Assembly (NCBI GenBank): GCA_951406725.2
Contig: OX597831.1
Location: forward strand, 58,652,001 to 58,716,000
Length of the DNA stretch: 64,000 bases
Direction of reading: 5' to 3'
Origin: Octopus vulgaris
Lineage: Eukaryota
Shown here: one piece after another, positions 25,840 to 36,809 of the stretch
Position numbering within the stretch: the first letter of the stretch is position 1
Layout of the letters: the number at the start of each line of letters is the position of its first letter
The notes under the pieces: generated by a model
Database searches by the model: none
What the model was told of the DNA's origin: nothing
What the model saw: the letters and a program-made list of their open reading frames with translations, nothing else
Made by a program: the position numbers and the translations under genes

Positions 25840-25844
25840 TCATT

Positions 25845-26024
25845 CTACTGGAAGCACAATCCCTCAAATTTGGTGGGAGGAAATATGTCGATTACTTCGA
25901 CCCCAATGCGTGACTGGTACTTATTTATCAACCCCGACACGATGAAAGGCAAAGTCGACCTCGGCGGACCTTGAACTGAGAACGTAGCGCCCAGTGTGCT
26001 AACGATTCTGCCAACTCGCCGCCT
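25845..26024 (-). mobile_element. SINE family C (tail type 2) embedded in (TAA)n
   Basis: GATGAAAGGCAAAGTCGACCTCGGCGGA..CTGCCAACTCGCCGCCTT. Confidence 0.85.
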
Positions 26025-26039
26025 TAATAATAATAACAA

Positions 26040-26081
<42 letters not shown>

Positions 26082-26087
26082 TACTAC

Positions 26088-26121
<34 letters not shown>

Positions 26122-26142
26122 GTAATGATGATGATCATGGTG

Positions 26143-26175
<33 letters not shown>

Positions 26176-26196
26176 GTAATGATGATGATCATGGTG

Positions 26197-26233
<37 letters not shown>

Positions 26234-26879
26234 TAATAATAATAATAATAATAATAAGAAGAAGAATATAAACTGCTAGGCACACGCACATTCATATTCA
26301 TCTCATGTTCAACTGAATGTCAAATCTTAAAAGTACGTGGTTAATGCAAAACACATGCCTTATACAACAAGTATGCAATAAAACAGCATAATTCATATAC
26401 TTATATTTCCAATAGCTTCAACAGTATTACCTATAATACACCAGAATCACAAGATATAATTGCACACTGAACGTGCTTGCATAATAGAAACCAGATACTA
26501 TAAAATAGATTCTCGTAACTCACATTCTAAACAGTTGCAGCATATTAACATAACCAACCCATACAGTCTTTTCTCTAATAATACCTTGGTGATATGAGAA
26601 AACTTAACACCAATCCCATAGCATATCGAAGAGTTAAAATGGCTTCCAACAAAATAAAATAACTATTAATTTAAATTTACACAAGGGACTACACATACAA
26701 TTACATCAAACATAAAAAATAAATCCCTTAAATAATTGATAGCGTTTGTGATAAACAAACTGAATTCTACATTCCCAAAGATTAAAAACTGAATTCAAAA
26801 ACGCTATTGAGCTGAAACAAACACTGTATGACAGTCCCCAGAAGACACAGAGAATTTAAGCTCGTGTGTAAGCTAAAGG

Positions 26880-27115
26880 CGTTCAAAAGCTTAGTATTGA
26901 AATTAGAAACAACATATCTGATAGCTTCACAGAATCAATTCATAGATACAACTAAGTACAAAAGTAAAATAAAAAAAAACACATTTTAACATCAAGTACA
27001 TGCTGTGCAGGTAGTACATCAATGCGAGTAACTACATTACTGCTTGTTCAAGCTTTGCCGAGTCCGAGTATATTCAGTAAAACAGTCAAGGCGGCAGCTA
27101 CATCTAATTCCTTTT
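26880..27115 (+). mobile_element. Very old R4/Dong-like fragment (pre-CCHC region)
   Basis: LETTYLIASQNQFIDTTKYKSKI..ITACSSFAESEYIQ resembles ETE..I.AAQDQ...TRNY..C..LA..EY..RH. Confidence 0.45.
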
Positions 27116-27212
27116 TCTTCAAATTTGGATTAGAGTCGGTATAAATAAGCACCAAACTGTGTGCATGATGGTGATATTGCTACAAGTATTAAAACGGTTA
27201 AATAGGATACAG

Positions 27213-27425
27213 AGGCGAGCTGGTAGAATCGTTACCACGCAGTACAAACTTTTTAGCGGTATTTCGTCCGTCTTTACGTTCTGAGTTCCAATTCTGACGA
27301 GATTGACTTTGCCTTTCATCCCCTTCGAGGTCGATAAAATACGCATCAGTTGGGCACTTGGATCGATATAACGGATTTATCCCTCCCCCTGAAATTGCTG
27401 GCCTTGTGCCAAAATTTACAAGCAA
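27213..27425 (+). mobile_element. SINE family C (tail type 2)
   Basis: Full head, centre, tail CCCCTGAAATTGCTGGCCTTGTGCCAAAATTT. Confidence 0.85.
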
Positions 27426-27509
27426 TATGATTGAATATAATCGAAACTTTACGGAAGGAAAAAATAAGCGCCAAAATGTTTCAATGTTCGTCTAGTCTAG
27501 CTTCAGCCG

Positions 27510-27920
27510 CATGCAGGATTAAATTCTAAACAGAAAAATCTAAGCATATATAAATTAACTGGTGGAAAATGAGAATTCCTCCCAATGCGACCTATATAAT
27601 TAGGACTAAGTAACAATTTAACTCGTAATGTATGGCTGCCCAGTTTATAAACTGCTAATACATGTACAAGACATGAGTAATCTGACAGTTATATCTATTG
27701 GATCAAAGTAAACTCGAGATATTTTAATCATTGCCATGAATGAGAGTTTATATTTTGTGATACAATTTTGCATCCATTTCCACAGAATCATTTAAGGAAA
27801 CGTAATGACAAAAAGCCACTGGACGACATATTTAGTTCACTAGTACGTAATGGACTTACTGCAGGCATGTACTAATCTGTTATCGTATCTTAGTACTATA
27901 GTGACAATAAAATCACACAC
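27510..27920 (+). pseudogene. Possible decayed B-box exon
   Basis: SSQCDLY.. and, with a frameshift, MDL/YCRHVLICYR..H; many stops. Confidence 0.2.
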
Positions 27921-28669
27921 CAACAACAAAAAAAAAGAAATACTGACATAACACGATTCGTCAAAACAATTTTTACAACACTTCTCTACGCCTCAATAAA
28001 CATTCGGGCATTCACTTCAATTATGTATACAGAGTAAAAAAAACTTGAACGAATCCATTTAAAAAATAATGAGAAATAAAATAGCGCAAAGGAAAATCTG
28101 GAAAAGTAAGAATAAATAATATGAACAAATCTGAATCAACAGGTAAACTATAGCGATGCTTAGAACCAGTAGAGTATTAGGAAGTACGAAATAATATAAT
28201 ACTTTACAGATAAGCGGCTTATCTTGTTTTAAATACTCTAGATATACGTCTACTTAGTTTCTTTTTGTCATCTAATAATCTTACGATGACTATACTTAAT
28301 GTTATATACAATGAATTTGCGGATTTATTTATTATTTATTTAGGTCTTCACACCTAACATATCTAAATAATGTTTTTATTCTATAGATTTCTCAAACTAA
28401 TGTGAAGTAGGCGTCAGTATAGTGAAGAACTTGGTTGATTACGATATAGAATTTCGATTCATTCTTCAAGTTCATAAGTTCAAACTCTACCAATATCGCT
28501 TATTCAATAACTCCGCAACGTTGTTGCACCGATAATACTCATGACTTGAACAAAACTGATCATAATGAGTCGATCCTACGCATTGTACCTATGTCTCATC
28601 TATTCAACTCCGTAATTCCGAGATATTTTAGGAAGACTATATTAAAATACGTTTATCAATTCGTTTTGC

Positions 28670-29000
28670 AAGATTCCTGATGTGAAATCGTGTGTTGTAA
28701 CAGATATTGTTGCATTTCGGGATGGTTATTTTATTTTTTAGTATTATTTTTGTTGTACCAAATAAATACACGCACTTTATATCTATTTTTTCACTCGGTT
28801 ATTACTGTTCTTGTTTTATTATTCTAACTCTTGTCCATTGACCGGAAATCTTTCGTCACACATCTATGACCTCTCCAGAGACACTTTTTGTTTCCATGTA
28901 TGTTCTTGCTTCACTTACTCCAACACAATGTATTTATTTGGCAAAAAAAAACAAAAACAAAAAACAATAATTGTAATAAAATGACCGTCTCGAAACACAA
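28670..29000 (-). mobile_element. Penelope-like terminal fragment with decayed hammerhead motif
   Basis: Minus 28885-28833: CTGGAGA-G-GTCA..TGAC-GAAAGATTTCCGGTC. Confidence 0.45.
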
Positions 29001-29436
29001 TATATTAAAATATATTACCTACTAACTTAACTATGAAACAATACACACATGTAAATATATATAGTTTAATGATGCTGACTGATGAACTGATGAACCAGTT
29101 TTTGGGTATGTATCGAGCTGTACCGATATAACCTAAGGTAAATATTGTTATTATTACGATCTGTGTGTGTGTTTGTGAGTGCCTGAATGTGTGTAAATAT
29201 GTGCGTGTATATATATATATATAAAATATATATAATAATATAGCCAGGAGACACGTGTAGGCTTTTTACTAATTATATAATATTTATCATTTTGTAATTT
29301 GCTTAATTATTGGTATATGTTTTACTGTATATTTAATTTTTTCCTATATGGTATGATTTAATTATATTATTGTTATTTCATTGTTGAATTGCTTTATGAT
29401 GGTTCTTCTATAATCTATATGCATACATACATATAC

Positions 29437-29489
<53 letters not shown>

Positions 29490-29781
29490 CAGATGCATAA
29501 ATACATACGTACATATATATGTGGCATATGTGTGTGGGTGTGTATATACATATATATCAAGTTTATTCGTATGTATATAAATATGAAATTACTTAAAAAT
29601 AACGGTGAAATGTTTTAGATTGCTAATGGGGTAAATGTAGTTGTGTTCTGTGCAGGTATGGTTGGAACGGCTTTTGCAGCTTAAGAAAAGTAAATTGATC
29701 TAACCACGATTGAGCGTGTGTGTGGTAGCAAATAAACAACAATGGATGTTAGCTTTACTAATATTATTGTCTAATATAAGG

Positions 29782-29940
29782 AGACGGGTTGGCAGCATCA
29801 TTAGCACGCCTGGCCAAATGCTCACCGTCTGTCGTCCGTCAATACGTTCTGAGTTCAATTTTCGCCGAGCTCGAGTTTGCATTTCATCCTTTCGGAGTCG
29901 ATAAAATAAGCACCAGTTTCGTATTGAGGTCCATGTAACC
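29782..29940 (+). mobile_element. SINE family C, 3'-truncated
   Basis: ACGTTCTGAGTTCAA..TTTCATCCTTTCGGAGTCGATAAAATAAGCACCAGT. Confidence 0.8.
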
Positions 29941-31277
29941 GAATAACCACAATATGAAATACTTTTTTGGCATTCATAATGCGTCCATCGCTAATAGTTT
30001 TCAATAGTCTTGCTCGGTATTTGGACACCAGCATCTGAAAAGATGCTGCTATTTTATGTATCGTAGCAGCAGGATGTGAATTGCAAAGGGTAACCAGACG
30101 CTTCCAACTGATGTTTTTCAATAGAATGATATTACGTGATATGGGAATTTCGGCGCCCATTATAGACGGTTCTCGTCTGCTGCGATCTATGGCTTTGTTT
30201 TTATGCACTCACCGCCTATATAATAGGATCTCACTAGGCTAATAATGCAGGATCCGATATTCTAAGAAAATATCCACATTAAAGATTATTTACATGTTTT
30301 GAATTCATGAATAAGGTAAAGCATTTAATGAGGAGTTATCTCAAAGTAATGCGGTCTTCATTGCGTGCAAATCGTATGAGAACTTGCTGGAGCCACCCTA
30401 TCTGTAAATTTATTTAATAATGCAGGCAATCGAAGGCACATAGTGCATGTGAAGTGAAATATATCAGCAAGGAATTGATCCTGACATGCATAATGAATGT
30501 ACCTATTTTCATTCTTCCCTTATGTACCTATATCTTTGAGCGTTGTAACCAAAGGAGATTATTTTCCCTTTATCAAAGTCAAATATATATATGAAGATGT
30601 AAAGGGAATTTATAAGCAAATAGCATATCCGGCTCCCCAACTCCTTTCTGCTCACTTATAGTCTTCCAAGGAAACCAATAGAACTGACTGTCTAAAATTA
30701 GATACGGATTTGCAGTAGCAGGAATTTGGAATGTTAGAAGTTCTTTAATTCAAATAAGATTTTAACCCCTTTTCTCAATGAATTAGCAATTATAAACGTC
30801 ATAAAGTTTATCTGACACGACAGCTTACATTGTTATACCTTTGGTCATTGTAACCTGTTCCTGTTGGAACGCTGCTCCCATGATCTGTCCATTCGATCGT
30901 TTCGACTGCCTCGTTTTAAAGTAATTTGTTTAGTTTATCGGTATTAATCCAGAATCATACACGAATATATTCGCATACATGACAAGATTCTCGCAGTTTT
31001 CACCTACCTCATTTCACTTACAAAATTAATTATGTGTTTATTTCACATTTCTGTACATGGCACTTGCCCGAAGTCAGGGTTTGTTAGAAAGCAACATTCT
31101 CAATCACACTATCATGCATATGCTTATTGACACAAATCCATAAATATGTGGGTTGCATAGTTAATTGTATTTCTACTAACACAATTCTGACATATAATTA
31201 CATGATTTGAAGATAAATACGCCAAAAAGATGTGACTAAATTTCAAAGCGACTTGATGTGATGACGCCATGATAGAT

Positions 31278-31475
31278 CGTTAGCCACTACACACATTTTT
31301 TCTCTCCTTTTTTTCCTCTCCTTGTTTATCTCCTTGTTTTTTCTGTGTACCTTTCTGTAGAAGAGCGTAGGCTCGAAACGTAAAAAGACATTTTCTATTC
31401 CTGAGCGTTATACTAATACATCTGTTTGTTTTGTACACCACCTGTCTTCGTCTTTTGTTTTTTTCGTAAACTTTC

Positions 31476-31478
<3 letters not shown>
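31278..31478 (+). mobile_element. Penelope-like pLTR fragment with hammerhead-like motif, ending at (TA)n
   Basis: Second copy of 4787-4950; motif at 31351-31387. Confidence 0.7.
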
Positions 31479-31519
<41 letters not shown>

Positions 31520-31614
31520 CATACACACACATATAGATAATAAATAATATAGAAATGTATGCATATATACATACATATATGTACATACCTACATTTACAT
31601 ATATATATACATGC

Positions 31615-31957
31615 ATATATGGGTACAGGACATAAAAAAAACGTTGAACACAATGAGAAACGAAAACATAAAAACAAAAACATAGAAACAAACGTTTTTC
31701 GAACAACGAAAAAACAAACAGAGAAATGAGACATACAACATAAAGAATATTCTCCTTCTTTAGTTGTCCCTGTTTCATTCACTCCACGTTAGGACGGCAA
31801 GGACAAGACGCGACTTCGTTAAAATAGACCTTGTTTTGTGTCTGGTTTCTCTGTTTCGTTCATTCTTCGAAAAAAAAAATTCGTTTCTATGTTTTTGTAT
31901 TTATGTTTTCGTTTCTAATTGTGTTCAACGATTTTTTGATGTCCTGTACCCATATAT
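31615..31957. repeat. Imperfect inverted pair (~125-bp arms), probably two Penelope-like termini
   Basis: ATATATGGGTACAGGACAT..GAGACATACAACA versus TGTGTCTGG..ATGTCCTGTACCCATATAT. Confidence 0.8.
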
Positions 31958-31959
31958 CG

Positions 31960-32181
31960 AGTGCTCAGCAACTTGCACGTTAATAGATAAGTTGCGACGT
32001 CAATGGTGCCAAGCTGTATCGGCCTTTGCCTTTCCCTTGGATAACGTCGGTGGCGTGGAGAAGGGAGGCTTGTATGCGCGGGCGACTGCTGGTCTTCCAT
32101 AAACAACCTTGCCCAGACTTGTACCTCGTAGGGTAACATCAAGGTGCAATTCCATGGTCATTCATGACCGAAGGAGGTCAC
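31960..32181 (+). mobile_element. SINE family D, 5'-truncated
   Basis: CCTTTGCCTTTCCCTTGG..GGGCGACTGC.GGTCTTC.ATAAAC.ACCTTG..TGACCGAAG matches 61823-62142. Confidence 0.8.
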
Positions 32182-32263
32182 AAAACACACAATATATATG
32201 TATTTATATATTATTTTATATTATTATATGATCGACCGCTATGCATCCTTTTCCAAGTAAGTT

Positions 32264-32452
<189 letters not shown>

Positions 32453-32545
32453 TGGACGTCAGTCACATCGACTCCGTGTAAGTTGGCCTTTTTGCGTTTA
32501 AATGTTATTATTGAAAAATATTTCGTATGTAAAAGTTGTGCAACA

Positions 32546-33019
32546 ACTAATTCATTCGGTTGTACAAATTGTTTGCACGGGAAACCTGCCCTGTGTGGCG
32601 GTTTTCCCGTTTTTGTGTATCTGTTTTCGGCTTTTTTAGCCATTTTATTTTGACGATTACGACTTCAAGCCATGAAGTCGTTGTTGAAAAGAACGCTGGT
32701 CTCCTTGACAACGCTTACGACGTTGATTTCCCTACACTGCCTTCACCACAGCTTCATGAAGGAGGGAAGAAGGGGAGGAGCAACACAGGTGCAAGTGTGG
32801 GCATGAACACTGACATCGCCACCGACACACAAAAAATTGGAAGCACCCAGACGACAGCTTCACAGTCAACTATTGAATCAACAACGACTTCCTGGCTTGA
32901 AGTCACCATCGTGAAAATAAAATGGCTAAAAAAGCCGAAAACAGAAACACAAAAACGGGAAAACCGCCACACAGGGCAGGTTACCCGTGCAAACAATTTG
33001 TACATCCGAATGAATTAGT
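32546..33019. repeat. 142-bp inverted repeat with 190-bp spacer at the 5' end of a Tx1-like insertion
   Basis: 32546-32687 versus 32878-33019; the opposite-strand ORFs 32560+ and 33005- translate almost identically. Confidence 0.93.
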
Positions 33020-34475
33020 CTAGAAGTATTCCTGGGAACTTTACTTTTAGTGGGGTATTGGAGAAGCAAGCCCATGCCGTCCTCTAGCGCCTCAGTAGTG
33101 GGACGCTGGACGGGTGGGCCGGTCAAATTGCTCGGAGTCTGGTTCGGTCCAGACCTGGAAACAGAGAAGAACTGGGACGGCATAACGTGTAGGGGTGCCT
33201 AAAAGTTCAGGCGGAGGTGGCGAACACGTACATCGCGTCCGTCATCAACTACCGCCTGACCGTCGTGCCTTGTCCCGACCCACCGTCACCAACCTGGAAC
33301 GCATCTTCTTCCACTTCTTGTGGAAAGGAAACGTTCCGAAGGTCAGGTGATCCGTTTGCTGTCGACACCCGCTGAAAGGAGGGCTGGGCATGCCGTGCTT
33401 GATGATGCGCAGACACGCGCTGAGACTGCGAAATCTTCGGCTCTATGTAGACGACGGTGAGCATGTGTGGTCGCCGTTTGTGCGGCGCGCTTTCCCGCAA
33501 CTCTTGTCCATGACCGAACTGCAATCGAGGATCAAAAAGAGGCCGAGGAAGGGCGAATGGCACCGCGAGTGTCGCGTTGTTGTCTCCAGCATCTTTACCT
33601 TCCTGGGTCGAACATTTTGTAGGGGATTAGTAGAGGGGAGGTACGACGACGATCTCGGGGCGTCGACGAGGAATACCTGACCCACCTGTTCAAGACAACT
33701 TTCGGGCCGGGACCAATGGACAATTTCCAGAGATCCCTAGTCAAAAAGAGGCCGAGGAAGGGCGAATGGCACCGCGAGTGTCGCGTTGTTGTCTCCAGCA
33801 TCTTTACCTTCCTGGGTCGAACTTGAGCCATTGCATCACTAAGAAAGCATTTTGTAGGGGATTAGTAGAGGGGAGGTACGACGACGATCTCGGGGCGTCG
33901 ACGAGGAATACCTGACCCACCTGTTCAAGACAACTTTCGGGCCGGGACCAATGGACAATTTCCAGAGATCCCTAGTCTGGCAGTGCTATCGAGAAGCGCT
34001 ACACGTTCGGGATAAGCTCTATAGACATGGTTCGAGAAACACGGGGCCGACCTGCCTGAGATTCGGTCAGAGCGACGAAACCGTTCTGCACGCTCTCGCG
34101 CAGTGTCCAACCATTTCTGACCTGTGGGCTTATGTTGAACGACTGCTGTCACGTGTGGGACGAGTCGGTTTATCAGCCGAGTCTATCGTCAATATCGTTA
34201 CGCCTCCTTCCTTCAAACGGGAAGGAAGAGCTATTTTCATAATACTTGTAGCTATGGCGAAAGAATGTATCTGGTGGACGCGTCTGAAAAGATTAGAGAC
34301 AAACACTTTCCTCTTTGGTCAATCTCTCATCAACTTTTTCAAGTATCACTTGAAAAGGAAGGTGAGAGTAGAGAGGGAAGTTTTGTCTAGCGATTATTTC
34401 AAAAAAAGATGGGTAAATGTAGCAAGGATGGCACGAATGAATGACGAAGCCACCTTGAACATGATCCTATGTTGA
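33020..34475 (+). mobile_element. Tx1-clade LINE ORF2 remnant: RT thumb region and zf-RVT, internally deleted and duplicated
   Basis: VKLLGVWFG..FLWKG..GGLGMP and RSLVWQCYREALHVRDKL..TCLRFGQSDETVLHALAQC. Confidence 0.9.
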
Positions 34476-35680
34476 GATAATTAACATGAAAAATGTTGAG
34501 ATAATTAGCAGTTCTGTTCAGATATTGTACACTTAATATTTGTAGGTCACCTACGTATTGCGGAAACCTTCATTGATTCTATGACCGAAGAGACTAGATT
34601 CTAAAAAATCACAATCGTTACGTGCATTTTGCTTATAGCCAATAAAACATCAACATATAAATAGTAAGAAATACGAAGTTGTAAGTTTCTGCACGTTGAG
34701 TACCAAATATATAGAGAATTAGTTCGTTTCGTACGCGTGTACTTGACATAGAAAGCATATTCCGGAGGAGGGGGAAAAATGAACGGGCAACAGAAAATTC
34801 ATATGAATACACAAAGCTTAATCTGTTTATACATAAAATTTGTCATTTTATGCATGTCGGAAAGCGTTTGCAGGATGAATAATGATGTGCGTTCCGTTGA
34901 TGACATAAATAATATTGATAATAGTAAGATAAAATGGCTAATAACTCGTTAAATGAATTCGTAAAACGAAGTGTTAAGGCGAAAAGTTTGATATACGTCA
35001 TCGCATTGACATTAAAGGTGCAAATGGGAAATATAAGCTGCCGATGATAGAATAAATATGATGGAAAGCAGCACAAAATCACAGTTTTTATTGACGACAG
35101 AAATTACCAATTATTTTTCATAAGTGTCTGAAATGATTTAATTGTTTATAACGATCATCATTGATTAACTATCCAGCATATAATTTGTAACTAACTTAAT
35201 TTATCACTTACCTAATGAAACAGAACTACTTATTCAGCAATTACTGCCAGTAATTATTAAATGTTTTCGATAATCATTTAAAGGAGCGGCAGCAATTATT
35301 GGTGGATATATAAAATTCCTAAAGGTTACAATTAGTGTTCACAAGTTTAAGTGGCATATACAAATATGACGACATTTCAAACTTAATTCGTATTTCAAAT
35401 TTTCATTTGGTATTGAAGCATAAACTTTATAATATCATTTTCATTCTGAAGTGAATGTCTATTAGTGAGAATTCAAATACTGAAAACTTATTTAAAAGTC
35501 AGGAATTAATTGACATATGAAATAGTCAAACTGTCTGTGATCTCCAGGCGATAACCCGTGAATTGAAACACAAATGAACACATATGTAATCTCACAAAGC
35601 AAAATCATACGTGCACATGCACCAATATTTGTGGGTGAATATATATGTACCTATGTACATACATACGTACATACATACAT

Positions 35681-36232
35681 AATGGCTGCCCCCTCGTTAT
35701 CGAGTATGGCCATTGCACGAAGCTTAATCAATGTTGTTATCGTGCAATGCCTGTGCAAGAAGATTTTTTTAAAGTGAGGAAAGCCGGTGCACTGAGTCAA
35801 TCCCACTCACTAAGCAACAGCAGCCATAATCCGAAAAGAAGAACAGGTCAACATCATCGGTAACCACTTAGCCGCAGGTTTTATGTGGGAGTTATCCCAG
35901 TTACCTGAGTTAACTTCTCCTAGAAGGATGCCCTAACAAAGGTTAGGAGTCCTTCACTCCCAATGGTTTAACCGCGCGATCGGGTATTCGGTCCGATTAT
36001 TTCTATGTCCCCGCGCATAATACAGCCTTAAGACATATATTGGATGGCCGTTGACTCTCAAGAGTTCCTCTGCCCTTTGACGGGTTTTGTTTTTCATCCC
36101 ACAGGGTGTTCAATAAACACCCTCCTCACCAAGCAAGCTTGGTGGGGTTGCCGGTTTAGTCGCCGACGACCCGAACATGCAACAGGTTGTACTGGGTTAC
36201 ATGTTACCAGTAGCACTCAAAAGTGACCTGAC
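35681..36232 (-). mobile_element. Non-autonomous RTE-derived element (5' UTR-like body plus RTE-type tail) inside (TACA)n
   Basis: Minus strand has GGGCATCCTTCTAGGAGAAG..AACTC (RTE 5' UTR-like) and ends GGCCATACTCGATAACGAGGGGGCAGCCAT; no ORF. Confidence 0.6.
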
Positions 36233-36279
36233 AATAACATACATACATACATACATACATATATTTCGATAATCATTTA

Positions 36280-36745
36280 AAGCTGTTTCAAGGTGAGCTT
36301 GCAGAAGAGAAACGCTATCGGTATAAACGTAAAACAAAAGTTTAAGGACGGCATTAGGACTATCATGAAGTCACTTGGAATGGATTCAGAGGACATAAAA
36401 ACCCTTGTTCGGATCGAGATGGACGGCAAACAAAAGTGTGGAGTGGAGGGAAAGGATTTGAAGAATAACGCATGCAAGACTCATGAGAGAGTTAAAGAAG
36501 AATGTTACGATCGAGGACGTAAATCACAATGACCATTTTGATTGTACAGTTTGTGACAGACTATACCCTTTTTTGCTGGGCTCAAATCGTTCAATGCAAT
36601 ATATGCCAGAAGGTCTGCAATTCTAATGGAGGCCTCAAAAGGCATTTGAAGATCCACAAATATCAGAATTTAACTGCAGCTCTTGGTGGTCCAAATCTGA
36701 TGTGCAATCTATGTGGGTGTCTTTTCAAAACATTACCTGACGTCG
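36280..36745 (+). mobile_element. RTE-clade LINE C-terminal fragment with C2H2 zinc fingers
   Basis: LFQGELAEEKR..KFKDGIRTIMKSLGMD then CNICQKVCNSNGGLKRHLKIH and CNLCGCLFK. Confidence 0.75.
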
Positions 36746-36809
36746 GTCATATAATCAATGAATTAGAATAAGGTAACAGCGCGCATTGGACGTACACACA
36801 TACATAGTG

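Noticed and set aside
36529-36771. C2H2 zinc finger as a host ZNF gene
   Set aside because: It follows RTE C-terminal motifs in the same orientation and lacks TGEKP-linked arrays; it is the LINE C-terminus.
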